Shown: positions 39,358 to 51,970, numbered from the stretch's first letter. The stretch: 64,000 bases of DNA from Octopus vulgaris (GCA_951406725.2 OX597818.1:38688001-38752000); one strand, 5' to 3'. Notes: generated by a model not told the origin, from the letters alone. Made by a program: numbers and translations.

Positions 39358-39408
<51 letters not shown>

Positions 39409-40413
39409 TCATCATCATTTAATGTTCGTTTTTCATGCTAGCATGGGTTGGATGGTTCAACTGGGGTCTGGAAGCCATGGAGGCTGCACCTGGCTCTAGT
39501 CTGATTAGGCAGTGTTTCTACAGCTGGATGCCCTTCCTAATGCCAACCACTCCGTGAGTGTAGTGGGTGCTTTTTACGTGCCACCGGCACAGGGGCCAGA
39601 GCAGGCTCCCAAATGGCCACGATCGGTTGGTGCTTTTACGTGTCACCGACACGGATGCCAGCCAGGCGGCACTGGTATCTGCCACGTTCAGATGGTGCTT
39701 TTTATGTGTCACCAGCACGGGTGTCTTAACTACAATTTCCACTTGAATTTATATATATATACATATATATATGAGTGTGTGTGTGTTTGTGAATATGCAT
39801 TGTATGAGTGAGTGTTTGTGTGTGTGTGAATATGTGTTGTATGAAAAAGGTACTGAGCTAACAAATGTGCTATTGATGTTTTCTTGTTAAAAAAACTGTC
39901 TACTAGCTTTGTGTTTTTGAAGATGAATGAAATGAAAAATTCTTGGTAGAAAAACAGGCAAGAGTTACTGTAAAAACAATGCATTCATCTAACCCAAGTA
40001 AGTATTGAGAAGCAGATGCTGTGGCTGCCTGCTGGAGCCTATGCAGCAGGTATTTAAAGGGAAAAATTTGACATGACAGTCAGTCACCGGCTGACACTCG
40101 CTGATGATACATCGAAGAGGCCAGGGAACAGAAGAAAGAAGACATGCACCCAACACCAGAGCTGAAGATACCTCCAAAAGGGGGGGGGCCCCGCCATGTC
40201 AAAACGGTAGAGGAGTAGGGGCCGAAACTGGACGTGGTTCCTCCTGACGATGTCTTGAGCTAACTGGATCCTATAAAGGAGCTGTTGTGGTAACAGACCA
40301 CGAAACACGGTTGTAATTCTGAATGAATGAACACAATTGAACATTAGTTCAATTATTACAATTATCATTTTAAAATTACTACAATTGGACAAATTATGAG
40401 AGACTGTTCTTAC

Positions 40414-40521
40414 TTGATTGAAAGAATCATCCAAAACTTTGGTAAAGTCACCATTTTCTGGATCTATACCATGTACACACTCTTTTTCCACTTTGTCCCA
40501 TCTGCTCAAATTTTCCAGACA
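40414..40521 (-). CDS. PRKDC: PRKDC exon w11 (CLENLSRWDKVE...DDSFNQ)
   Basis: tag acceptor, GTAAGA donor, 108 nt. Confidence 0.92.
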
Positions 40522-40924
40522 CTACAAATGAGATTTAAGATTTCCATTTTGAAATATGCAATTGACATGGAGATTTCAACAATTACTTTTAATTAGTTTG
40601 ATAGAATACGGAAGAATAGCAAAAATTGTACTTTATGGAACTGAAGAAACAAAACAGTCAAAATTTTGCAATGTATTACTACATTTTTTTTTTATTGTTC
40701 CTTCATTTCAATTAATTTTCAAAGTATTAAAGAATTTAGTAAAAGAACTTTATCATTATTAACCCTTTTCCAGGCCAAAACATTTTCATAAGCTTGTCCG
40801 AAACATCTATATTTGTCTTCCAATTTTTAGTTAGCCCTTGTTTCATACATTCTGAGTGATATAAAGCTTTCCTTTCTTAAGTGCCAAGTCACTCTTGTTG
40901 GAAAAAAATTGGAATGTGTATTAG

Positions 40925-41327
40925 AGTGGCTGTGTGGTAAGTAGCTTGCTTACCAACCACATGGTTCTGGGTTCATTCTGACTGTGTGGCACCTTGGGCA
41001 AGTGTCTTCTACTATAGCTTTGGGCCTATCCACTCAAAGCCTTGTGAGTGGATTTGGTAGACAGAAACTGAAAGAGGCCTGTCGTATATATATGTATATG
41101 TGTATATATGTTTGTGTGTCTGTGTTTGTTCCCCCAACATTGCTTGACAACCGATGTTGGTGTGTTTATGTCCCCGTAACTTAGTGGTTTGGCAAAAAGA
41201 GACCGATAGAATAAGTATTAGGCTTCCAAAAAATAAGTCCTGGGGTCGATTTGCTCAACTAAAGGCTGTGCTCCAACATGGCCACAGTCAAATGACTGAA
41301 ACAAGTAAAAGAGTAAAGAATAAAGAG
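40925..41327 (+). mobile_element. SINE family A copy
   Basis: Homology to 3768-4187. Confidence 0.85.
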
Positions 41328-41561
41328 TATGATGCATGGATGCCAGGGTGTATGTCTGGTGTATCATATGTGATAAATAGGACAGGCAAGGAGCTTGTAT
41401 CTTGTGTGATATACAAGATAGGCAAAAACTGCCGTGGATATAAATGTGAAATTTAATAAATGGTTTTGATTTAAATCAATTTAAAACAGGAAGTTTTGTA
41501 CAACAGAACCTAAGGCAGTCTCAGGTTGATTGCTATCAAAAGGGTTAAATTTGAAACTCAC

Positions 41562-41618
41562 CTGTATATAACAGTGGTGCCAAGTACAAAGTTCTTCCTT
41601 TGTGCTCAACTCAATAGC
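41562..41618 (-). CDS. PRKDC: PRKDC exon w10 (AIELSTKEELCTWHHCYIQ)
   Basis: aag acceptor after T tract, CAG|GTGAGT donor, 57 nt phase 0/0; fills the ALNK..EKDFW position. Confidence 0.8.
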
Positions 41619-42214
41619 CTTAAAAATAAAAATCGCAGAAAATCTGAATATTTATTAAAAATATCGCTTTTGTAAGAATTGGAATATCACATGCCAACAC
41701 ATGATGATTAAAGTAAAAAAAAAAGCAATGTATTTGTGCATTGAAAGGTTATCATTTCACAGTACATTAGAAATTTATAGTACAGCACTAAAAACTGCTA
41801 TCTGCATTAACTCAACCGAAAGAAAAAAAAAAAGTCTATATTCCAGTAGCCTAAATCTAAAAATGCAATTATAAACATGACAAAGGTGTGCAACCAATAT
41901 GCAGCAGCCAAATTTCCCTTAAATCACATCCTACCATATTATAACTAGAAGTCTACGTAAACATATGAACTGAGATTTAGGAAGCACAATATGTATGCAC
42001 AAAAACTGGCTTTCTCACACAAAAAATCTCATTGACTGAATACCAGGGACTTTATTATTCAATATAACCTTTAATTAAGGATATGATCTGTGAGAATTTT
42101 GACTGCATAGATTTCAGATAAATCTAAAACATGTAAAGGAAAGCTATTAAATTGCATAAAATAAACAAACTTAATTTTTAATCTCCCTGCCATTTAATAT
42201 ATTTTATTTCATGA

Positions 42215-42898
42215 GAGATGTGTGAAGAAGTGCCACTCCCAAACAGTTGAAGGTATCTGGGGGAGAGGTAGACCCAGGAAGACATGGGATGAGGTGGTCA
42301 AGCATGACCTTCGAACATCGGGCCTCACAGAGGCAATGACGAAAGACCGAGATCTCTGGAGATATGCTGTGACTCCAAAGACCCGACAAATAATGTGAGT
42401 TCATGGCTGTTTCCTGTACTAGTTTCGCATAGCCCCAGCCCATCCAAAGTACCTTGGATTGCAGAACGACCTGCAGTGCTTACCTTGGATCATAGGGTGA
42501 CCTGCTGTGCTTGAGGAGACCTATTGAGTCAAGTACATCAGCATCAAAATAAATATCGAATGGAAATTGTAGTTGTGATACTTGTGCTGGGTGGCATGTA
42601 AAAAGTACCATCCAAACGTGGCCGATGCCAGCGCCGCCTTGACTGGCTTCTGTGCTGGTGGCACATAAAAAGCACCAACTGATCATGGCTGCTGCCCGCC
42701 CCCACTGGCATCTGTGCCAGTGGCACGTAAAAAGCACCCACTATGCTCACGGAGTGGTTGGTGTTAGGAAGGGCATCCAGCTGTAGAAACACTGCCAGAT
42801 CAGACTGGAGCCTGGTGCAGCCTCCTGGCTTCCCAGACCCCGGGTGAACCATCCAACCCGTGCTAGCACGGAAAACGAATGTTAAACAATGATGATGA
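42215..42898 (+). mobile_element. RTE LINE 3' end / 3'UTR repeat with (ATG)n tail (family B)
   Basis: GRGRPRKTWDEVV coding end, tandem GGCACGTAAAAAGCACC units, then CCATGCTAGCATGG and (ATG)n; about 20 copies, e.g. 9467-9947, 16352-16742, 19276-19741, 22327-22525, 23840-24460, 25670-26030, 29251-29810, 32270-32697, 34376-34673, 43990-44400, 62413-62787 (+); 32713-32965, 39406-39745, 44717-45285, 51015-51240, 53770-54150, 57642-57960 (-). Confidence 0.82.
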
Positions 42899-43194
42899 TT
42901 AGCAAAATAGTCCCATTTTAATGATAGTATCTATATATTACTAAAATTATGAGGACATTCACTGACAGTTGAAAAAGTTTACTTGTGTGAGATTATTAAA
43001 CTAAAGATCCTGGGTTTTGGTATGTTAAGAAGATTCAGCTTTGGTCTTGAAATTACTTTTACACAAAATTTCTATAGTTTGACTTACTTAGGAAGGGTGA
43101 TAAAAGAAGGGTTTCCAATCACATGTATACATATTGCTGCATAATCACTATCATAATAAGATACTGAATAAGTTTCAACTATCTAGGTTAATTC

Positions 43195-43632
43195 AATTTT
43201 TATTGGCTCAAAAAGCAAAAGCAAGGCCATGTAGGGTGACAGGGAGGGTGGTCATACAAAGAGTTCAGGCCATTTCTGGTCAAGAGAGACTTTGAACCGA
43301 GCGGTTGTCGGCATCTTCACTATCTTGTCTGGCAGCTTATTCCACGGATCCGCAACCCGGACGGAGAAAGCCCCTCTCCTTCGATTGAGATGAAATTGTT
43401 GTAGATAGAGCTTTTCGAAGTGACCCTGCAGCCCACACTCTGGAGCAGGAGTGAAGAACAGCTATTTTGAGAGGTTACAATTTCCGCTTATGATGTTATG
43501 AGTGAGAATAAGATCACCACGGCGTCATCGTTTTTCGAGAGAATAAAGGTCGAGAGTCTTCGGCCTTTCTTCATAAGACAAATGCTTGAGACCAAGAACC
43601 ATCTGGACTCTTTCTAGATGATGTACGTCTTC
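43195..43632 (-). mobile_element. CR1/L2-group LINE 3' fragment
   Basis: Hand translation LSYEER..TLDLYSLEKR.RRGDLI...RVADPWNKLP; AATAAA near the 3' end. Confidence 0.8.
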
Positions 43633-43724
43633 TATTGCAAGTTTTTTTTTGTGTTTTTGGTCATTACTAAGGATATTAAACAAAAAGAAAAAAATATTAA
43701 ATAATTTATATTTAAAATGATTAC

Positions 43725-43863
43725 CGTAACATAGTGTTTAATAGCCTCTGAGTAATCACCACGAATTTCTGCTTTTATGGCCATCTTACTAACTTCTTGA
43801 CAACCAACGTTATCTTTGAAAATGCCCAAAACTGAATCATATTCATTGATTGATTTATAAAGT
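43725..43863 (-). CDS. PRKDC: PRKDC exon w9 (LYKSINEYDSVLGIF...RGDYSEAIKHYVT)
   Basis: cag acceptor, GTAATC donor, 139 nt. Confidence 0.95.
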
Positions 43864-45500
43864 CTGTATTAAAGAAATTCAATTCATATAATTAAAAGCA
43901 AGAAAGCAATAGCAAAATATTAAGAAAAAAAAGAAACAAAAGAAACCATATTTAGTCACATTTAAATTTACTGAACTGCACCAGCTTCACATTGTAGCCC
44001 CAGCCCATTCAAAGTACCTTGGATCGCAGGACGGCCTGCTGTGCTTACCTTGGATCGTAGGGCGACCTGCCGAGCTTGAGGAGACCTATTGAGTCAAGTA
44101 CATCAATATCAAAATAAAAATCAAATGGAAATTGTAGTTGTGGTACCTGTGCCGGTGGCATGTAAAAAGCACCAACCGATCGTGGATGTTGCCAGCCTCC
44201 CCTGGCACCTGTGCCAGTGGAACATAAAAAGCACCCACTACACTCATGGAGTGGTTGGCACTAGGAAGGGCATCCAGCTGTAGAAATACTGCCAGATCAG
44301 ACTGGAGCCTGGTGCAGCCTCCTGGCTTCCCAGACCCCGGTCAAACCGTCCGACCCATGCTAGCATGGAAAACGGACGTTAAACGATGATGATGATGATG
44401 AAATGTGAACACAAACCATTTGAAATAATTGTTTAGTGATATAAAGATCTTTCAAAGAAAGCTTACAACAGACCATCATCATACGTAAAGGATGATATGA
44501 ATTGTAACTGTTTGATGCTATAGAAATTGGAAGATAGTCAGCTTAAGAGGAAAGGATGAAAAAAAAAAAGGAAAAAAAAAGGAACAAATAAAAAAAACCA
44601 GTTATTGCAAATTACAGTTCAAATCTGAAACTATGGATATGATATCTATGATTAGTACTAAGGTGGAAAACTAGCTGAGAGATTTGCAGTTCAAAACCAG
44701 TTACTATATTGTATCTATCATCATCATCATTGTTTAACGTCCGCTTTCCATGCTAGCATGGGTTGGACGATTTTGACTGAGGGCTGGCGAACAAGATGGC
44801 TGCACCAGGCTTCAATCTTGATCTGGCAGAGTTTCTACAGCTGGATGCCCTTCCTAACGCCAACCACTTCAAGAGTGTAGTGGGTGCTTTAATGTGTCAC
44901 TGGCACAGGGCTAGTCAGGGGGTACTGGCAACGACCTCACTCGAATCTTTTTGCACAGGTGCCAATAAGGCGACGTTGGTAATGATCACGCTTGAATGGT
45001 GCCCTTTTATGTGCCATGGCACGGGGGCCAGTCAGGCGGTACTGGCAATGACCTCGCTTGAATCTTTTTACACATACCACCGGCACAGGTGCCAGTAAGG
45101 TGACATTGGTAACGATCACGCTCGAATGGTGCCCTTTTACATGCCATGGCATGGGGGCCAGTCAGGCGGTACTGGCAATGACCTCGCTCGAATCTTTTTA
45201 CACATGCCACTGGCACAGGTGCCAGTAAGGTGACATTGGTAACGATCACGCTCGAATGGTGCCCTTTTACGTGCCACTGGCACGAAACATTTCTAAACAA
45301 CTGATTGCAGCTTGTTTGAAGTAGCTACCGTTAAGTGGCATAATTCAACACAGGTAGTTTTGGCCCCTTTTAGTATTGAGTTCGATTCTACCAGTAGTAA
45401 AAGTTAGACTTAGGTCTGTTTGTTACGAGCCCAAGGATTCATAAGGCCAGGGTGTATAAGATTACACTCCTCCCTGAATAAGATGCTGATTTGTTACAGG

Positions 45501-46040
45501 TGTAGTGACGTCATTTTCCAGTATGCGCACACGCAACATCATTCTTCAGTGTGCGTGTGCGGAACGTAATTCTTCACAGTGCGTGTGCTGAACGTCATTC
45601 TTCAGTGTGCGTGTGTGGGGCTGGAACCTTCTGGAAAGGCCTAAGGAAGTTCCCTCATGCACATGCGCAAGAGACTGGGGAAGAAAATTCTATCGCGTTC
45701 CTTGTTAGCGTCGTTGACTTGAGACACGGCTATTGAAGAGAAAGGACGTGTTAAACATGTGATCAGCCTATTCTCCTGTCCCAGACGCTTAGGATTTGAC
45801 CTGCTCTGTTGCTGCTGAATTTGTTGTGAGGTTTATCTTACAAATGTTAAAGTTCAGCCTTGCTATATCGAACCAAGTGGATACCAATATACCAATGTAC
45901 TTCTTTTGTAAATAAGAAAATAAAGAGTTATATATATATTTTAAGGTTGCGTTCTTGTTCCTGACTGGTAGTTTCTGGAAATTAAAGAAAGGAAATTGGT
46001 TGCACCCGAACAGTGTAAAGAATTAACCAGTTCCATTACA
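45501..46040 (+). mobile_element. Solo LTR (Gypsy-like) inserted in an old SINE
   Basis: TGTAGT...ATTACA termini, 4-bp TSD CAGG, 540 bp, internal ~27-bp tandem repeats, AATAAA. Confidence 0.82.
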
Positions 46041-46284
46041 CAGGGTTAAATTCTCAGCTATTGCTGGAACTCCTTTGCAACTGAATGAACTGGACCATTG
46101 TGAAATGAAGTATTTTGTTCATGAACACAATGCAGTGCCCAGTTTAGGAATTGAAGCTGTGATCTTATGATTACATGTACAACACCCTAACTACTAGGTC
46201 ATGTGTATTCATATAGGAAAAGTTACCTGTGATAAATAATAAGTAGGTAGGTAGGTGGGTTTAAATAGGTAGGTAAGTAGGTAG

Positions 46285-46570
46285 AGAGAGAGAGAGAGAC
46301 ATAAAAAGACAAAGAGAAAGAGAGTGAGACATAAAAAGAAAGACAGACAAAGAGAGAGAGAGAGAGAGAGTGAGATATAAAAAGAAAGACAAAGAGAGAG
46401 AGAGAGTGAGACATAAAAAGAGAGAGAAAGAGAGAGATATAAAAAGAAAGACAAAGAGAGAGAGAGAACGAGAGAGAGAGAGAGATATATAAAAAGAAAG
46501 ACTAAGAGAGAGAGAGAGAATGAGAGAGAGAGTGAGACATAAAAAGAGAGAGAGAGAGAGAGAAAGGGAG
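46285..46570. repeat. AG-rich low-complexity/minisatellite tract
   Basis: (AG)n runs interleaved with GACATAAAAAGAAAGACAA units. Confidence 0.9.
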
Positions 46571-46690
46571 AGCTATGTGTTTCATTTGCTTCATGCCACA
46601 GATGTTAGAGATGAGTAAAACTACAGAAGTCTGTCGAAGGAAAATGTTGAAGAATAAGCAATAGATCTTCTAAGACACAGAAAGACTTAC

Positions 46691-46817
46691 TTGGCTAATT
46701 CCAACCAGGTTGAAACATCAGTTGGTGGCGGGTTCAAACTCTGACGTGGCCTTTTTGCTTTACTGGGGTGACAACTGTTCATGCCTTTAATTATTTGTTC
46801 TTCCAGTACAATTATTG
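46691..46817 (-). CDS. PRKDC: PRKDC exon w8 (IIVLEEQII...AKRPR...DVSTWLELAK)
   Basis: cag acceptor, GTAAGT donor, 127 nt. Confidence 0.93.
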
Positions 46818-47694
46818 CTGTTTACAGAAGGAATAAATAAGAAAAAATAAATAGTTTGGATGTATCTATATCAAACAATACACTGAGAAGTAAAATATTA
46901 AAATTAAATCTATGGCATGTACTTCCTTTTATTCTTTTAACTGTTTCAGTCATTTGTCTTTGGCCATGCTGGATCACCACTTTAAGATTTATTTTACAAA
47001 AAAAAAAATAAAATAAATAAAAGATTCAGGGTGAGGGGTTTAGTTGATTTGATTAAAATCAAAACTTAAATCGTATTTATTTTATTAATCCAACAAAGAT
47101 AATAATCAAAGACAATCCCCATAGGGTTTGAACTCAGAATATAAACACTGTCCACCTAGACTTCTCATCCCACCTACACTTCCTGTACTCCTGTCTCTGT
47201 ACCCACTCACTTCTACTCACCTTGTATTTCGAGGGTCCACTTTGACACTACATCACCACTATTTCTATCTTTTTTCCAGTTCCACTCCAACCACCTCTGC
47301 TCTGTCTTCAATGAGATAAATAGCTGTGTAGGACTGTTACAGCAAGAAACCTGTTTTTTCTCTCACCCCAATCCCTTATCCCATATCATAAAGCTACTTC
47401 CTTCAATCAAAAGGAGATCTCAGTCTTTCAGGCTATATAGCAACCTCCCTATTGCTGGTGCTATGTAAAAAGCATCCAGTACAAGTTGGTGTTAGGAAGG
47501 GCTTGTCAGGGAACCAGAAGTTCTAATATACTAGATGCAAGGAAAAAATAGCAGGTGAAAAACTTAAGAGATGAGATGGACTGCTTAGTGTTGTAGGTGG
47601 TTTCTGTTACTTAAATAATTTAATTAAAGTTTAATTAAATAGTGATTTAATTAGATAGTTGTAGTGAAAGTGTAGCAGCTGTTGTGAAAGTATA

Positions 47695-48100
47695 GGCGCA
47701 GGAGTGGCTGTGTGGTAAGTAGCTTGTTTACCAGCCACATGGTTCCGGGTTCAGTCCCACTGCGTGGCACCTTGGGCAAGTGTCTTCTACTATAGCCTCG
47801 GGCCGACCAAAGCCTTGTGAGTGGATTTGGTAGACGGAAATTGAAAGGAGCCCGTCGTATATATGTATATGTATGCGTGTGTGTGTTTGTGTGTCTGTGT
47901 TTGTCCCCCCTAGCATTGCTTGACAACCGATGCTGGTGTGTTTATGTCCCCGTTACCTAGCGGTTCGGCAAAAGAGACTGATAGAATAAGTACTGGGCTT
48001 ACAAAAGAATAAGTCCTGGGGTTGAGTTGCTCGATTAAAGGCAGTGCTCCAGCATGGCCACAGTCAAGTGACTGAAACAAGTAAAAGAGTAAGAGAGAGA
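47695..48100 (+). mobile_element. SINE family A copy
   Basis: Homology to 3768-4187. Confidence 0.85.
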
Positions 48101-48657
48101 GCTGGAGTAAGAAAGATATAATAGACATTTAGGGAGCTGTTACTTTAGGTAGCAACTTTGCCTTTCATCCTTTCAGGGTCGATAAATTAAGTACCAACAC
48201 TGAGGTCAAGTAATCAACTAGTCCCCACCCAACAGGTTTCAGGCCTTGTGCCTATAGTAGAAAGGATTATTTCTTCATGCTATAAGCAGAAGGTATGAAA
48301 TGTGTGTAAGGGGTGCAATGAGATAATAGCATTGAAGGTCATTTCTTCTATTAGTGGGTCATCTGTTTGCTTTGTTCCTTTGAAGACGTGGAATGAAATA
48401 TCCCTTACCTGAAACACAGGTAAGGGTTAGCATCAGGCTGTAAAACAATGTCTTGAAAATATATTTGTCTAACCTATACTAGCATGAAAAAAATGGATGT
48501 AAAAACAAATGAATGGTATAAATGTTAAACTAGTGATAATGATGATGTAATGGAACCTATATAAGAAATTAAAGCATAAATTTGAAGCTGAATAAAAGAA
48601 TAACAGTAATGCTGAAGAATACAAGACAAAAATAATAAAAAAAAAACACTTTGTTAC

Positions 48658-48748
48658 CAAGTGGTTGAAGTTTAGCAGTTATTGCAGATGATGAAATGAG
48701 CTGTTTGATATCAATAGGCAATTCTTTGTCCATATCATACAAAATGTT
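48658..48748 (-). CDS. PRKDC: PRKDC exon w7 (NILYDMDKELPIDIKQLISSSAITAKLQPL)
   Basis: cag acceptor, GTAACA donor, 91 nt, phases fit neighbours. Confidence 0.88.
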
Positions 48749-48846
48749 CTGTAAAAAAACATGGAACCATTAAAGACATGAAGCCTCTTCTTGGTTTCAT
48801 TTTAAACAAACAATGTTATGCATTTCCCTGTATTAATGCATTAAAT

Positions 48847-49870
48847 TCTGTTGTGTCTGGGGAGAGTCATTTTCTTTTTGTGCCTTATGATTTAAAAACA
48901 CTCACCGGTAAAATTTCCACTTATTTCTTATTTTTATTTTCCTAAAATTTTCGTTGCGTCTGGCAACCTTTTCAATAGTCAAGATTATTGAAATGGTTGC
49001 AAGACGCAACGAAAATTTCCACTTATTTCTTATTTTTATTTTCCTAAAATTTTCGTTGCGTCTGGCAACCTTTTCAATAGTCAAGATTATTGAAATGGTT
49101 GCAAGACGCAACGAAAATTTCCACTTATTTCTTATTTTTATTTTCCTAAATTTCGTTGCGTCTGGCAACCTTTTCAATAGTCAAGATTATTGAAATGGTT
49201 GCAAGACTAAACTTATTTCTTATTTTTATTTTCCTAAAATTCGTTGCGTCTGGCAACCTTTTCAATAGTCAAGATTATTGAAATGGTTGCAAGACGCAAC
49301 GAAAATTTCCACTTATTTCTTATTTTTATTTTCCTAAAATTTTCGTTGCGTCTGGCAACCTTTTCAATAGTCAAGATTATTGAAATGGTTGCAAGACCAA
49401 CGAAAATTTCCACTTATTTCTTATTTTTATTTTCCTAAAATTTTCGTTGCGTCTGGCAACCTTTTCAATAGTCAAGATTATTGAAATGGTTGCAAGACGC
49501 AACGAAAATTTCCACTTATTTCTTATTTTTATTTTCCTAAAATTTTCATTGCGTCTGGCAACCTTTTCAATAGTCAAGATTATTGAAATGGTTGCAAGAC
49601 GCAACGAAAATTTCCACTTATTTCTTATTTTTATTTTCCTAAAATTTTCATTGTGTCTGGCAACCTTTTCAATAGTCTTCACTATTGAAGCGGTTGCAAG
49701 ACGCAACGAAAATTTTAGGAAAATATAAATAAGAAATAAGTGGAAATTTTACCGGTGAGTGTGTTAAATCATAAGGCACAAAAAGAAAATGACTCTCCCC
49801 AGACACAACAGAATATGCTTCAACACACAAACTCATATAAAGAATCTTGCAAACCAAATCTAAAAATGAA
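48847..49870. repeat. Fold-back element with an internal 102-bp tandem array (8 units)
   Basis: Outer inverted arms TCTGTTGTGTCTGGGGAGAG / CTCTCCCCAGACACAACAGA; units start near 48910, 49012, 49114, 49208, 49302, 49403, 49505, 49607. Confidence 0.95.
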
Positions 49871-50341
49871 ATGCATTAAATGTTAAAGCAAATACTGATG
49901 CCCTTGATTAGGTTCAGTTTATAGAAATGAAATTTTTTTTCAAATGATCCTGAAGATTAAGCTACAATATAACTAGAGCAAATGTATGTTTCTATGAAAT
50001 AACAAAAGTATGTTTTTTTTTAATGTATCTAAATGAGTGTAAAACCATCAAATTCAAAATAAAATATGACAATAATGAAAATGAAATAGTTTTGGAAACT
50101 TTCAAATTCCACAGATCCATCATTTGTTGATATTGTTATGGGTAAACAAAGGGTCACTGCTAATTGGAAAGACTTAAGATGAGAGTGGCTACAGATTCAT
50201 CTTATTATCCAATGTATGGTGGCCCAACATACTAGAAATAGCAACCGAACCTCTTACAAACTCACATCCTACACTCTTGAATTACTTTAATATTAAAATT
50301 GTGAAATATTCAACAAACAAAAATTGTTAGAGACAACTCAC

Positions 50342-50521
50342 CAACATGCAGCTAATGAATGGAGGGAAATGCTGCTCGGAGGCTTTCAGCATATTACGAA
50401 TACTGTTTTGAACTGATTGAATACTTGTTTCCATGTCTTCATCTCCCTTCTCTTGTTCAGCATCAGCAAATATTCCTTTGAACAAGGAATTAAAGAGTAA
50501 CCTGGCCACTGTACTGTCTCT
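50342..50521 (-). CDS. PRKDC: PRKDC exon w6 (RDSTVARLLFNSLFKGI...FPPFISCML)
   Basis: tag acceptor, GTGAGT donor, 180 nt. Confidence 0.95.
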
Positions 50522-51546
50522 CTAAAATGGAAAAAGAATTCTATCATCTTAGCAAAACGAGGGATAAAGTTAAGATGGTGACATAATTCTAACTTTACCA
50601 ATTGTATTTTGTAGCTTTCCAGCTTCAAATTTTATTTCTTACTCTTACCAATTTATAGTGGAGGGTGAGGTGTGTATGTATGAGTAGCATTTACACTGTT
50701 ATCCTCCTACATTAACAATAAGTCGAAAGGTAAGCTACTATAAATCGGCATGAACTTTCCAGACAACCCAGTATATTACAGGAAAAGATGAAATTTCTAT
50801 GGATTTGCCTTTTGTATATGTTGATAACAACGATAGGCTTGTGTTTCTTTTACCACCTATCCAAGTAAACTTAAAGATTTTAGTATTTTAATCATCATGC
50901 AACTGTCATCCCATAAAAATTTGATCTGGTACTTTCTAATTTAGCCGTCTTATGTCCTGAGTTCAAAACCTACTGAGATCAGCTTAGCCTTTCATCCTTT
51001 CAGGGTCAATAAAACATCATCATCGTTTAACGTCCGCTTTCCATGCTAGCATGGGTTGGACGTATGACTGAGGGCTGGCGAACCAGATGGCTGCATCAGG
51101 CTTCAATCTTGATCTGGCAGAGTTTCTACAGCTGGATGCCCTTCCTAGTGCCAACCACTCCGAGAGTGTAGTGGGTGCTTTTATGTGCCAGTCAGGTGGC
51201 ACTGGCAACGACCTCGCTCGAATCTTTTACACATGCCACCAATTATATACCATGTACCAATTATATATTGGAGCTGATTCAATTTGATAAACTCCTCTCC
51301 AACAAATCCAATCTGCGGTTTCGTGCGTATGTAAGAAATTATTATTAAATCTAAAGGCAGTAAGCTAGCATAACTGTTAGCATGTTGGACAAAATGCAAA
51401 ATGGTAGTTCATTCATCTTTATGCTCTGTGTTCAAATTCTGCCAATATCGACTTTGCCTTTCATCCTTTCAGGGTGAATGAAGTAAAAATCTGTTTCACA
51501 CAGGGGTTGATGTAATCGACTAGCCCTCTCCCTCAAATTTCAGGTC

Positions 51547-51838
51547 TTGAGAGTATGATTGAAAAAGGCTTGCTCTTCATTCCGTAGAAGAAAGAATTCA
51601 AATCAGACCATGTTAAGACCAAAAATTATTTACATCAAAAAGGTGCTTTTTTTTCTATGTAAATCCCTATTTTTAATGATTTTTTGACTGCTGTGTCGCC
51701 ATTTTTTGGTGTATTTCAACCAGAAAAATGTTCACTTAAAGAGAATAGCAAGCTACATAATGCAAAATTTTTACTTTTCAAAAATTCCTATTCTAAAGGG
51801 TCGAAACAAACCCGAGCAACGCCAGGCTATAATGCTAG
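51547..51838 (+). mobile_element. Non-autonomous Helitron, family 2, 5'-truncated
   Basis: Homologous to 54191-54580; ends with hairpin then CTAG|T. Confidence 0.75.
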
Positions 51839-51970
51839 TATAGTAGAGAGGATTATCAAATATACATAACTTCAACATATTTTAGACACATTGGTCTAAT
51901 ATATAGCCATTAAAATTTTTAAGATACACCCAGTACAAAGTCAGCTACATTCAGAATAAAATGAAATATA

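Larger units (their letters stand above)
37289..39361 (+). mobile_element. Degenerate mariner transposon with two nested insertions
   Basis: Imperfect TIRs CAAGGGAGTGCTGAAAGGTTC / GAACTTTTCAGCACCCCTTC; peptides MDETWLHHYEPQTKQQSMKW, KSAGNIMASAFWD, HPSYSPNLA. Confidence 0.85.

Noticed and set aside
48902-49728. CRISPR-like array, or repeat-protein ORFs (RNENFRKIKIRNKWKF)n
   Set aside because: Units are identical throughout with no unique spacers, there are no cas genes, and the site is a eukaryotic intron; the ORFs reflect the 102-bp (34-codon) period.
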